Shown piece by piece: positions 27,448 to 39,974 of a stretch of 64,000 bases of DNA. The stretch is from Eledone cirrhosa (taxonomy: Eukaryota). Location: assembly GCA_964016885.1 (NCBI GenBank), contig OZ024746.1, positions 41,664,001 to 41,728,000 of the forward strand. Reading direction: 5' to 3'. The notes below the pieces were generated by a model that was given only the letters and a program-made list of their open reading frames with translations, did not search any database and was not told where the DNA came from. Positions within the stretch are counted from its first letter, which is position 1; the number at the start of each line of letters is the position of its first letter. The position numbers and the translations under genes are program-made.

Positions 27448-28639
27448 ATGTTGGTGCAGGTGTTGGAGTTATGCCGTCTCGAAAACTATTTCCTGGTAGG
27501 GTCACCCATGGCAGACAGATCTGACACCCAGTGGCATCAGGCCACCATCTTGCAACTTTCGTCTGCTAAATTCGCTATTGGAAGATTATTAACCCATCAT
27601 TGATTGTCCAAAATGCTAATTGGTTCGTAACTTTAATAACCGGTTCAACTGCTTTATGCATTTAATTGATAAGCTTATTCGCTTTCAAGCCACGTTTACC
27701 TGTATGTAACTTTTCATAGCAAATGAATAAACCCGAGCAATGCCGGGCTAAACTGCTAGTAATAATATATTCCAGTTTGGTGCAATGTAAGACCTTGTAG
27801 TTTAGTTTTGTTATTGAATTGAAATGTATGTTAAGAATAATAATAAAAATAAACACAATGGTGAAGAAAGAAAAAATATATTTAGACCACATTTTAGACT
27901 TTAATAATCCCTCTTCATGAAATTAAAAAAATATTATGAATAAAATAATAACTGTAAACACTGTAAATGTCATTAACAACAAACACTACATTCAATGTAA
28001 ATGATATCCTAACTGTAAATAACACAATAAATGTAAATGATTTTTTAACTGTAAATACTATATTAAGGAAATAACAAATGCTTAGGGTAGAACAAATTAT
28101 ATATAAGAATATGTAAGGTAAATATAACAGAGATATAAGTACAGATTTTTTTTATTAGAAATCTCAATGTGAAAATAATTGTTTCTACTTTTGGCACAAG
28201 AATGGCTAGGGCCATACCTCTATGCGTCAAAGCATGGCGTCCGACCCTCTACCGATACTGTCAATCCACAATGAAGTGTAAGCACTTTCCATTATTCCAT
28301 TTGTATACTAAAAAATGAGATAAGCTTTATGTATTTCAGAGTCTGCTAATCGGGACATAACTACTTCTATGATTCTGTCAAAAGTGGAATCTATTTATAG
28401 AGTTGTTATATTTGTCAAGCAATAGGTAAGATATAGGTGAAATGATCAGTCTAATTTGCATGTATGCATTAATTTGACAACATAATTATCATCATCATCA
28501 TTGTTTTTATGTCTGTTTTTCTAATATGAAAGCATTGTGCAAAACATTTATTTTCAATTTGGTGTTAGGCATTTCTCTGCTCATTGAAAGATAAGGTTCT
28601 AGATCTCTATCAAGGAAGCCTGTAAAGTGCATTCTACAT

Positions 28640-29240
28640 GTGAATGGAATTCCACTGAAGCAAGTAGAAAGGTTCAAGTATCTCGGGGCTGTGTTTATGA
28701 ACACAGCGCCAAGATACTTGAGGCTAAATTAAGTGCAAGAATTGTTGGAGTTGGTGCAGTAATGTGCCAGCTTCAGCATTCAGTAATTAGAAGAAGGGAT
28801 GTAGGCATAAAAGTCAAACTTGCTATCTTAAAATTGGTTGCCAATTTTCGTGCCAACCCTTACCTATGGTCATGAATCTTAGATAATTACTGAAAGTATA
28901 CGATTGCAAATACAAGTGGCCGAAATGGGATTCCTCCAAAGGGTCTTTGGAGTAATGTTACTTGGAGATCAGAGAGTCACTCCAGGTAGAGCTGCTACTT
29001 CTCCAAATTGAGAGATCACAGCTCTGATACTATAGGCATGTGGTTAGAATGGGACAGGAAAGAATCACTGGACAGATTTTACAGGCAAGACTAACTGGCC
29101 GGAGACCCAGTTGATAGTTGGATAACATCCATGAGCTTGGCTGGTCTTGCTTGGGGAGCCAGCCAGAGAGTGTTGCTTCTGACAGGACTCGCTGGAAGGA
29201 ATGTTTGAGGACTCTGCTCCATGGCACTTTCAGGAAGAAG
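28640..29240 (+). mobile_element. RTE LINE 3' fragment (Expander/Rex3-like family)
   Basis: PTLTYGHES*IITESIRLQIQVAEMGFLQRVFG and SLQVELLLLQIERSQL*YYRHVVRMGQER, followed by an A/G-rich tail to about 29310. Confidence 0.85.
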
Positions 29241-29309
29241 AGGAGGCAGAAGAGGAGAAAGAAGAAGAAGAAAAAGAAAAAGAAAAAGAAAAAGAAAAAG
29301 AAAAAGAAG

Positions 29310-29415
29310 AAAGGCAAAGTTAACCTCAACAGGATTTGAACTCAGACCGTAAAGGGACGTAATTATGCTGGAAAGCATGGTGTCCGACCCTCTACCGATA
29401 CTGCCAATTCACCAA
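29310..29415 (-). mobile_element. Meta-domain-like SINE head
   Basis: aaaggcaaagttaacctcaacaggatttgaactcaga...ccgaccctctaccgatactgccaat. Confidence 0.8.
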
Positions 29416-30035
29416 TAATTTTTAACTTTAGACAATACATTAAGTGTAAATGATATGTTAACTTAAACATGACATTAAATGAAAATGGAATGTTAACAGT
29501 AAACACTAGATTCAATATAATATGTTAATAATGACAACTACATTAAAGTACAAACAACATTAAAATTCATTGGAATAAAACAGAACCTGTACATGATAGC
29601 TGAAACTTCTAGAAATAGCAGCTAAATGTCCCTCTTATTACATGCTACATACTTAGAAAATAGATACATGAGATAATGTAATTCAGGATACACTATTCCT
29701 GAAAAAGAGGTGAGATTGTCATGGCTTGAGCTACTTGATATTGGGTTTGGTAATTAACAACAACAGCTAAGTGGAAAACCTACTCAGCTATGCACAGTAC
29801 AGTATTTCATTTGGTAAAGTACATAGCAGTATAGTATGACAGAGAACATAGAGTACAGTACAATATATCAATATATTTCAGTACAGTATAGTACATTACA
29901 TCATCATTCAGTTAATACAGCATACCATAATATTTCAGTACAGTACAGTATGCGTATTTCATTTAGTATAGTATATCATTATATTTCAGTAAAGTACAGT
30001 ATATCTATTTCATTTAGAAAATATATCATGATATA

Positions 30036-30300
30036 TGTGGCGAATTGGCAGAGTCATTAAGACATCGGATAGAATGCTTTACGGTATTCGTCCCACCTCA
30101 TTGCATGCTCTGAGATCAAATCCTGCCATGGTCAACTTTGCATTTCATCCTTCCGAGGTCGATAAAAAAGTACCTGACCAGTACTGGGGTTGATTCTTCC
30201 TCCAGAGGGTTGGGCTCCACCAGGTTTAAAAGTGCCCTAGGCACGCCACAGGACAGTGCTTCTATGACTCCACAAGGAGTTATAGTATCTTTATCCTTAT
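30036..30300 (+). mobile_element. Meta-domain-like SINE with alternative 3' tail
   Basis: Core tttcatccttccgaggtcgataaa followed by tail gggctccaccaggttt...tgactcca..aggagttat, which is shared with 46362-46675. Confidence 0.75.
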
Positions 30301-30334
30301 CTTTTTTGTCATGATATTACAGTACAGTACAGTT

Positions 30335-30713
30335 CAGTATATGTATTTCATTTAGTATAGTATATCATGATATTTCAGCATAGTACAATACAGTATATGT
30401 ATTTCATTTAGTATAGTATATCATGATATTTCAGCATAGTACAATACAGTATATGTATTTCATTTAGTATAGTATATCATGATATTTCAGCATAGTACAA
30501 TACAGTATATGTATTTCATTTAGTATAGTATATCATGATATTTCAGCATAGTACAATACAGTATATGTATTTCATTTAGTATAGTATATCATGATATTTC
30601 AGCATAGTACAATACAGTATATGTATTTCATTTAGTATAGTATATCATGATATTTCAGCATAGTACAATACAGTATATGTATTTCATTTAGTATAGTATA
30701 TCATGATATTTCA
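30335..30713. repeat. Perfect 56-bp minisatellite, about 6.8 copies
   Basis: Unit cagtatatgtatttcatttagtatagtatatcatgatatttcagcatagtacaata, repeated with no visible substitutions. Confidence 0.97.
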
Positions 30714-31117
30714 ATATATTACAGTACAGTATTTCCTTTGGTATAGTAAGGCACATTATTACAATGTAGTACGGAATAGTATAATACTGTATTTCATCCA
30801 CTACAGTACAAAACATAGCAAGGTATTTCAGAACAGTATAGTATAATATATAATGAATGCAGCAATAGATTTTAAGTATAGCTGAGTGTAACACAAACTT
30901 ATTGTACTGTATAACAAAGTATTCAAACAGCTTTAATATTGATTTAAACAGCAACAACAACAATAATAATAATAATAATACACATTTCCAAAATACTATT
31001 AAAGCAATAGAGAAGTGCAGCTGATTTCACCATAGAAGAAATTCATTGAATACTAAGAGCTAATATTACACAGTACACATTTTATAGCACACATCTGTCC
31101 CCTTCCATCTCCACACA

Positions 31118-31185
<68 letters not shown>

Positions 31186-31271
31186 CAAACACATAAACAC
31201 ATATATAAACATATGTATGTATATAAGTGCATACATATGTATAGTGTCTGTCTCTCTCTCTCTCTCACTAG

Positions 31272-31385
31272 AGAGCGGTGCGTGGCTGAGTGGTTAGAGA
31301 ATTGGATCCGCAATTGTAAGGTTGTGATTTTGATTCCCACACTCAGCAATGTCCTTGAGTAAGACACTTTATTTCACGTTGCTCC
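31272..31385 (+). mobile_element. CORE-like SINE head and core only
   Basis: A box tggctgagtgg, degenerate B box and core gtccttgagtaagacactttatttcacgttgctcc. Confidence 0.75.
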
Positions 31386-31731
31386 TTCTGCCTGGATTTG
31401 TGACTGATAGATAGTATTATCAATTGGAAAGATGAATGGAAACATCATTTTTTGGGTCCGATTTTATGAGCTCCACCCCACTTTTTAAGCAAGTGAGGTC
31501 TGGGGTATTGTTGATCAACTGCCGATATATATATATACTTGGTATATTTTGTGTTAGTTAATCAACCGAGACTTGTGTATCTAGGATAGATCACTTGACA
31601 AAGTATACTTGTAGATCTGTGTACTACGGAGTATTGGTATAACAATGAAGTAGAAGCCTGTATGTTAAAATTGATTTCATTTTATTGATTACATAATCAC
31701 TTTGCTGTTATTCATATTATGATGGTAACTA

Positions 31732-31945
31732 GGGCGGTGGATTGGCAATATTGATAGAGGGTCGGACGCCATGCTTTGCAGCAAGGGTTACAGCCCTTTA
31801 TGATCTGAATACAAATCCCGCAGAGGTTAACTTTGCCTTTCATCCTTATGGGGTCGATAAAATAAAGTACCAGTCACACACTAGGGTCAATTTAATCGAC
31901 TTTCCCGTCCCCCTAAATTGCTGGCCTTGTGCCTATATAAGAAAC
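31732..31945 (+). mobile_element. Full-length long-form Meta-domain-like SINE with 18-bp TSD
   Basis: Complete head, core and tail. Flanked by catat(t/c)atgatggtaact at 31713-31730 and 31946-31963. Confidence 0.9.
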
Positions 31946-33360
31946 CATATCATGATGGTAACTGTTATGTTACAGTTACCATCATGATATGGTTGATAAG
32001 GTTGTAACTGTTATGTTACAGTTACAACCTTATCAGACAGCAATTACTTGAACAGAAAATTACATGAATAAAATAACATGAACAAAAATAAAATGAATAA
32101 ATATTATTCAGGCCAGCAGGGCTTTGAGGAAACAACATCAATAACCTGCCTGTGGAATATCACTGAATGGAAACTGCTTGAGTAATAATTATTCATTTTA
32201 TTTTTGTTCATGTTATTTTATTCATGTAATTTTCTATTCATGTCTGACGATGTAACTGTTACATAACAGTTACCATCGAAATATAAACTTTCCTTCTACT
32301 GAATGACCAAGCAGACAATTTCACTGGGGACCTGAAATGTCGGTTAATCAATGGTATGAAAAACAAGATAGGTAAAATCAGCAATTGCATTCTTGATGAT
32401 ATAAATGCCAAAATTAGGGCTTCTGCCAACCTTAGGCAATGGAACTACAGCATAGCTAATATCAAGTGGTGTAATAACATCAAAGATGAGGGTAACTACA
32501 AATTAATCCATATCAACACTTGATTTCTAGCCCTCCAGATCTGGTGACTTCCTCTTCCAGATCACTGAGTTTATCAAAAGCTATGTCACTACTTCTGATA
32601 AAGATATTTTCTGGTCATTCTTATCTGATATTCCTGTGAACATACAAGAAAAAAAGGAGACACTAACTCAACCTTATAACATGTGATGTTTAAGGTTATT
32701 TACTCATGTTTAGATAACATCTCTTCAAATATTGCACTTTATAACAAAAATATACCCCAAAAAAACAAAACAATACAAGCCCCAACACACATACCAACAT
32801 GCAATTGCCAAAATCCCGCCAACTGTCCTCTAGGTGTATCCTGCCTCTCTACAGAGCCACATTCATACTACAAAGTGGTTTTTAAAGGAACTCTATGGGC
32901 CTAACAGGCAATGAGTTCAAGGGAAGATTTACACTCATTACGGTGCAACAACCACAAGAACTCTATTGCTCTGTCCTGTTTCTTTTGAAGATTCTGTGAC
33001 CAAGGGCACATCATCCCTAGCATTAAATGGAATATTCTGGAACAGGAAACACCCATACCACCCATCCACCAACTATAAAACTGACCTAATATTTTGTTGC
33101 CACCAGAGAAGCACTCTATTAGCCAACTTCAAACCACTGGCCGTGAACATCTCTCAAAGACCATCTTAGTTCCACCTAACTTGCATGTAGGTGTGGAACA
33201 GACAGTTAAAAACAGCCCACACACTATGAAAACAGTACCATCACACCCATCAAAGGTCAGCACAACCATCAATTGCACATTCAGTTCACCAGCAAGGCCC
33301 CCAAACTCCATTTTTCATCTTTGTTTTACTTTTCATAAATGCACAATGCACCTTATGATT
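31946..33360 (+). mobile_element. Decayed Penelope-like element with inverted terminal (pLTR-like) region
   Basis: RT remnants IGKISNCILDDINAKIRASANLRQW, IKWCNNIKD and DF*PS. Linker and GIY-YIG remnants FKVIYSCLDNISSNIALYNK, CNCQNPANCPLGVSCL, MGLTGNEFKGRF and IKWNILE. Upstream inverted repeat about 32035-32110 versus 32180-32250. The right end is uncertain. Confidence 0.85.
32240..32286 (+). ncRNA. Degenerate hammerhead-like core at the Penelope terminus
   Basis: CUGACGA 32244-32250, 9-bp stem GUAACUGUU/AACAGUUAC and GAAA 32278-32281. Stems I and III are not convincingly formed. Confidence 0.45.
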
Positions 33361-34476
33361 TAGATATGTTTTCATATATATATATATATATATATTGTTT
33401 TTAGACCTCTACCAGCTCATAATATTCAAAACAAAAATAAATAAATGAATGAAGAAACATAAAACCTTTGGCAAATACTTTTTAAGATTTAGAATATTCT
33501 TGACTTAAAAAAAAAAAAAAGAGATAAATCTTTTATGTGCAGGTTTTTGCATTACTCTTCAATTGTGCTGTTGCACATTCATCTGATTGTTCAATGTATT
33601 TATTTCATATGTCACATCAAAGGGAAATGGGTTGGGTTTTATTCTACATGGATTGCCTCCTGGTGGGAGAAAATGTAATATCTCAGAAGGGTTAGATGTA
33701 TTTGTAAGAGGTGAATAGGAAGGGGTTGATATTTTCTTTTAATTTCTGTAGGTTAAACGATTGTGGTTGAGGAATAAGGAGCTGGGAGGAGGGTTCAGAG
33801 AGAAAGAGAGAGGGAGGGAGAGAAACAAACATACTTTCTAACATTGTTATAACTCACATCACCCATCGATTCATCAACAATTCACCAATTCACTACACAT
33901 ACATATATATGCATGCATATATACATACATCCAGTCATTCATACATTCATAAATGTATACATATATATATACATACATGCAAACATACATACATAGAAAT
34001 ATACATATATATATATACACATGCATGCATACCTACAAAGAGCTGAAAAGCAGAGGAAGGCAGGGAGAGAGAGAGAGAAAGTAAAACAAACATACTTTCT
34101 AAATATGTTATAATTACTAACAGCCACCTATTCTTCAGCAATCCAACAATTCCTTACACATACATTCATGCATATATGCATGTAAACATACACACTCACA
34201 TATGCATACATACATACACATATGCATACATACATACACATATGCATGCATACATACATACACATATGCATGTATACATACATACACATATGCACACATG
34301 TGTAAAAACATGCAAATGCAGTTGTTATACTGTCTACCCTAATGTATTAATCAGACACATATCTACATGTACACTAAATACACCCCCTACACAGACACCA
34401 CACGAAATATTTCCCACACACACACACTCATATTAGTTACACTGAGAGATAGATAGATAAAGAGAGAGAGAGGGTG

Positions 34477-34507
<31 letters not shown>

Positions 34508-35067
34508 GGGAGAGCAAGTGTGATAGAAAGAGAGCAAGAAAGCCAAGTGAAAAGCAAGACAGAATTCATAAATTATTAAGGAAGAAACAAGAGTTTAACT
34601 GTCAAGTATCCCAGCCTGACCCCTTTTAACAAAGAATCTGCAAATTCCATCAATGTCTAATGAAATAAGATGCATAAAGCATATTAGTTTCAGTTACTTT
34701 TGTTTGTTTCATAATTATTTACTAGACAATAGTTATTTAGCCCTCAATTTGTTCAGGATCACTAACAGTTAGGTATGGGTCTGAATGGAAGTCATTTTCT
34801 CATTGTGTATAAGTAATAAGAGTTTAAAAAACAGAACACTCCAATTATTAATGATGCGTCAAACTAACATTTCAGTAGGTCTGTCAGTTAAAGAATTTGG
34901 AAAGAAGATCTGAAAGAAAAACAAACTGGGTTTGCTAACATTGACAAAAATATATTACTTTGTGATGCCAATGTTGGAAAACATTTGAAAAAGTTAATAA
35001 AATATGGGACTATATGCCATATATTTGTGTGTGTGGTGGTGGTTGTGGGGGAGTGGGGTGGCTTTAA

Positions 35068-35288
35068 CACTTTAGCATTTACATTACTCTATATTTATTA
35101 TTATATTTTCATGGTAAAGTCTTTATCTCACATAATTATTTCACATAATATCGAATCTATGAGATTTTGATATTATTTATTTTGAGAACAATACCTTAAC
35201 ATTAGTATGAGTGGCCAGTTACAGCCAGTTTAAAGAGGAAGAGGTGAAAGAATTCTGGCCATTTATGGCTGGTTTAAATGCTAAAGGG
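35068..35288 (-). mobile_element. piggyBac-type MITE with TTAA TSD
   Basis: TTAA 35064-35067 and 35289-35292. TIR c(a/c)ctttagcattt / aaatgctaaaggg. Reverse complement of 36077-36294. Confidence 0.9.
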
Positions 35289-35654
35289 TTAAGATACACA
35301 GGTGTATAAGATAAACCTTTATTTAAAAAAAAAGTTTAAAAAGTTAAAGTAGTATTTAAAAGGATTTTTATTGAACAAATTGGAAAAAAAAAATTTGTAG
35401 TGTTCAAGAGTTAATTTGTGCAAAATTTCAACAACAACAACAACAACCATATATTTAAAACTGCTTTCACTCACATCTATTATCTATAATTCAATTCATT
35501 AACTAGTGTTTTTTTTTTCTTTTTACCAATTAGCAGTATTTTCGTTAGAAGAAAAATGTGAACATTGGTATTAATTAGATAATAAAATAAACTAAATTTT
35601 ACTTGCCTATTCTAATATAAGGCTATACTTAAACAGGGCTTATATATTGCTGTT

Positions 35655-36341
35655 TACCAGTAATGCACTGAGTAATTGCTGGCCTTGTGCCAAAAGTAGA
35701 AACAATTATTATGAGTCGATTGGCAGTATCGGTAGAGGGTCAGACGCCATGCTTTGATGCATAGAGTTACGGCCCTTGCCTTTCTGAGTTCAAATCCCGC
35801 CGAGGTTAACTTTGCCTTTCATCCTTACAGGGTTTATAAAATAAAGTACCAGTAATGCACTGGGTAATTGCTGGCCTTGTGCCAAAAGTAGAATCAGTTA
35901 TTATTATGATAGGGCAATGCTTTGGCCATATTGGTAGAGCATTGGAGAACATGCTTTCTGGCATATAGTTATGTCCCTTTACTTTCTAAGTTCAAATTCT
36001 GCTGAAGTTAGCTTTGCCTTTCATCCTTACAGAGTCGATAAAATAAAGTACCAGTAATGCACTAGGGTTGATTTAACCCGTTAATGTTCAAACCGGCCAA
36101 AACCGGCCAGAATTCTCTACCTTTTTCTGTTGAAACTGGCTGTAGCTGGTCACTCAATCTGATGTTAAGGTATTGTTCTCAAAATAAATACTTTAAAAAT
36201 CTCATAGATTCGATATTATGTGAGATAAATGTGAGATAAAGCATTTACCATGAAAATATAATAGTATATATAGAGTAATGTGAATGCTAAAGGGTTAATC
36301 GACTTTCCTCTCTCCCCAAATTGCTGGCCTTGTGTCTAAAG
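35655..36341 (+). mobile_element. Head-to-tail cluster of three Meta-domain-like SINEs
   Basis: A tail-only piece at 35655-35710, a near-full copy at 35716-35900 and a long-form copy at 35911-36341 interrupted by a MITE. Confidence 0.88.
36077..36294 (+). mobile_element. piggyBac-type MITE inserted in a SINE
   Basis: TTAA-CCC...GGG-TTAA. Removing it restores the SINE sequence atttaatcgactttcc seen intact at 31890-31905. Confidence 0.92.
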
Positions 36342-37355
36342 TCATCATCATCATCACCGTTTTACGTCCGTTCTTCCACGCTAGCATGGGTTAGACGGGT
36401 TGTCCTGTTGTGGGCAGTGTCTGGTCGGCTGACCATGCCTTGCTCATACAGGAACTGATCTGGCTTGATTTCTACAGCTGGATACCCTTCCTAACACCAA
36501 CCTCATTTACAGTGAGTGCTGGGTGCTTTTTCGTGGCGCCTACACGTCCACTTTACAGTGTGGGCTGGGTGCTTTTTTACCGTGGCACCTCCACGACCAC
36601 CTTGCGGTGGGGGGAGTGGGGGCATATTGTTTATATGCTTCAGCATGTACCCATGGGAGGTCGGGTACCCTGTATTACTGCGTGACGCCAGAAGTCACGG
36701 TCGTGTGTCATTGACTTTGAGAGGTGTAGTTGGGTAAGGTCGGCTTTTATCACCTCATCCCAAGTCATCTTGGGTCTCCCCACTCCGCGGTTTCCATCAA
36801 CTTCTAGTGCTCTGCACCTTTTTATGCAGCTGTCATCCTTCATACGCATCACATGTCCATACCAGCGTAACCACCTCTCCTGCACGCAGCATTTGATTCC
36901 TCTTATGCTCAGTCTCTCTCTCAATTCCTTTATGCTTTGTCGTTCACGTATATTACTGTTACACATCCATCGGAGCATGCAGGCTTCGTTTCTCTCTAAA
37001 TCTACGTAAGTCTTCCACCTTCAGCGCCCAGGTCTCACTACCATGCAACATCGCTGTTCGGATACACGCATCATACAGTCTGCCTTTCATTCTGAGGGAG
37101 AAGCCTTTTGCAGCTAGCAGTGGTAGTAGTTCCCTAAACTTCTTCCATCCCGTTCTTACCCTAGTTATTGTACCTTCTGAGCACCCACCTCCGTTGCTAA
37201 TTCGGTCACCTAGGTAGCAGAAGCTGTCTACTGTTTCTACAGGGCCCTCCCAGAGATTGGTGGTACTTGTTTCCTGTGGCTGTTTGCTTGCTGTTTCAGC
37301 ACAGCTGCTGCATGTGAATCCTACATTCTTAATTAAGCTTCCTGAGATCCCGTAG
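36342..37355 (-). mobile_element. RTE-clade LINE, 5'-truncated, relatively young
   Basis: ORFs 36959-37393 and 36640-36978 (FCYLGD, RVRTGWKKFRELLPLL, MLHGSETW, LRWYGHVMR, GRPKMTW). 3' UTR with repeats and a (GAT)n tail. Confidence 0.95.
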
Positions 37356-37489
37356 CTATCATTATTATTATTAAGATTTTGATATACTTTCAAGGTAATA
37401 TTTTGTAATATAGTGTTTATGATGAACAGAAGATTTTACATTTTGCACAGTAAATATTCATTTCTGTTAACAATGAACAAAACCAGTTG

Positions 37490-37710
37490 TTTGTGTTGTT
37501 GTTTATCCCCAGGGCAACTCTTATTGAACAAATCTATGTTTAAATTCATTCCAGGTATGAGTACTTTTTTTTTAGGAATAGTATATCTAAGATTATATTA
37601 TGTAATGTGCTCTTCCTTTTTTTTAAGACACTAGGCTGAGTTTTTAGAACAATTTGGCTGTTATTACTAACAGACCAAACAGCTGTATAGAGGATATTTT
37701 ATTGGCTTGG
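37490..37710 (-). repeat. Unclassified dispersed repeat of about 200 bp ending in (AAC)n
   Basis: Diverged relatives at about 29600-29770, 45470-45660, 50630-50750 and 63285-63360 share gaaatagcagccaaa...aaatcacaccct...atagtgtaatcctagata-like blocks. Confidence 0.5.
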
Positions 37711-38269
37711 CAAAGTCAGATATGTAGAGAAGAATATAATTAATTCAATGAAGTCTAGTATATTACTGGTATTTATTTTCATTGTTTTTGTTGAAATATA
37801 GGTAAATTCAACCAATGGAACTGTGAAAACACATATGTATGGAGAAGGAGGGATCAATGTATATATTGCATGGCATTTAACTTAGGCCTCTGGTATTTCT
37901 GTTAGCCTCATTTGGCTAGAATGGCAAAAATTGATTTAGTTACACCAAGCATAAATTCAATGTTTTGAGGGTATAGGGTCTAGTTGATTTAATAAAACCC
38001 ATTAGTTTACTTGTATCTATTTTATTGTTATTGTTTGTAGAGGGATAAAATATGAAACATGAAGTACTCAAAAGGATTTGAGTACTTCACTTTGACCTTG
38101 CTGTTTTAAAGTTGCTTTTTAGTTGGTAGAATTTCCAGTATTATTAGCAAACCTCTGTTACAAATGATTAACACGGTCTGGTATGTGAACACTTCAAATA
38201 TTTGTTTATATAGTTCATACAACATTAAAGAATTATTAAAGGGACAATTTAGCTCAGAGATTAGAGAAT

Positions 38270-38577
38270 TATTCCAAGAAGAGCTGCTACTTCTCTGAAT
38301 TGCAAGATCACAACTCCGTTATTACGAACATATGGTTAGAATGTCTCAGGAAAGAATCACTGGCCAGATTTTACAGGCAAAAACCAACTGGCAGGAGACC
38401 CAGGGGTAGACTCTAAATAAGATGGTTGGATAACATCCATGAGCTCAGCTGGTCTTACTTGGGGATCTAGCCAAATCAATTGGAGATGGTTACTTCTGAC
38501 AGGACCCACCGGCAAATGTGGTTGATGACTTTACCCCCATGACCCTCCCAGGAATAAGTTGGCAAAGAAGAAGAAGC
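38270..38577 (+). mobile_element. RTE LINE 3' fragment (Expander/Rex3-like family)
   Basis: ELLLL*IARSQLRYYEHMVRMSQERITGQILQAKPTGRRPRGRL with a (GAA)n tail. Confidence 0.85.
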
Positions 38578-39974
38578 ATTGAACCCTTCCATGGCCATCT
38601 TTCTAGAATATTTTACCTCTGTGTTTTAACTGCCAAAAAATCGATGATTATATGAGTTTTAGTGAAATAAATAACACTGGGTAACAAAAAAATTTAATTT
38701 TCAACTTAATAACAAAAGACAAATATTTAACGAATAATAAGATTTCTGTCATAGATTGAAATTTAAATTTAAACACTTCAATAGGGGTATTCTGGGCAGG
38801 TTTTGTTTAAGGGTTAAAATCTATTACAACTGTTGCAAGCAATAGTGTGAATAGTAACAATTTACTAAAAGTTTAAATGAATTATTGGAAATATATATAT
38901 CATTTGATATTTAGTTGATATAAGTACAGTTAAATTTAGAATATTTGAATGATACTTGGATAACTGATAATTGATTTGATTGCAAACATAGGAAGCCATA
39001 CTGTACATAATTATGTTAAAAGTATATATACAGAGAAGATGTTGAAGTTGTTAGGGTGTCAAATTTAATATACCTCAATATTTGTTCTAGTTCACTGCTC
39101 TCTAACTTTTCATCTCATCCTTTTGAGATTGATAAATAGAATACCGTCAAGTACTGAGTTCAATTTTTCTTCTATATCTCTTTCTTTTTCTAGAAGACAA
39201 CTTCTGTTACAGTTTGGGGATTGGGGGTGGGCTTATATATATATATAGAGGCTTTGTCATTCAGTAGATAAAATGTATTTTTATGGAATCTTTAATGCTT
39301 TTCACAATGATCAAGTACTATCATGTAAAATCTCCATTTCTATTCGATTATCAATGGTATTTATTTTATCAACACAGACATGTAACAGCAACAGATATGA
39401 TTATTTGAAATAAATTCATACCTGAAAGAAATCCAGGAATACTGCGATGCATATCTGTAATTTTTATGCATTAAAGTTGTTTTAACACTATTTAAAGTGA
39501 TCAAACCAACTAACACAGAGTATTTATAACAATTGTAAACAACAGATGTAATCGTCATATCAATATCAGTAACACCTCTCTGTTGCAACATTCTTTCATG
39601 TAAACAAAAGACAAAATGGTAGAACCAATGTTATTGTCAAGTCCAGGTTACACATATAGCTAACTTTATGTTTATGGTACCTTGAAATTTTGTTAGGATA
39701 ATCTTAAATTGAGATAATTGATTTACTGAGGTTTGATTGCATTTGAAAAATAACTTAATTATTGATGTACTGGGGTAAGTTATCAGTTGTGATACTTATG
39801 ATATAAAATATATGAACCACTCAGATGCCTCAATAAATACAGTTGACAGTTTCTGTTACAAATATGTTCTAATTACTGCTGAGGTGGTTGCTGCAACAGA
39901 TAAAATAATGAAAAGATAGATGTTCAGACACTGTAACAAGAGAAGAAGGTTTCTCTCTTTGTGTAAACTTGTGT

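Larger units (their letters stand above)
26351..27759 (+). mobile_element. Non-autonomous Helitron with both termini
   Basis: Starts TC after A26350 and ends CTAG 27756-27759 before T27760. Subterminal GC hairpin cccgagcaatgccggg at 27732-27747, no TSD, and an internal helicase remnant. Confidence 0.88.

Noticed and set aside
27885-27925. Hammerhead-like remnant on the minus strand (AUGAAGA-stem-AAAA..GUC)
   Set aside because: Two invariant core positions differ and the stems are weak, so it cannot be separated from chance.
30335-30713. CRISPR-like regular array
   Set aside because: The units are identical end to end with no unique spacers, there are no cas genes, and the context is eukaryotic.
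38582-38817. Another piggyBac-type MITE
   Set aside because: Only about 7 bp of terminal complementarity, the left TTAA is imperfect, and I recognised no second copy.
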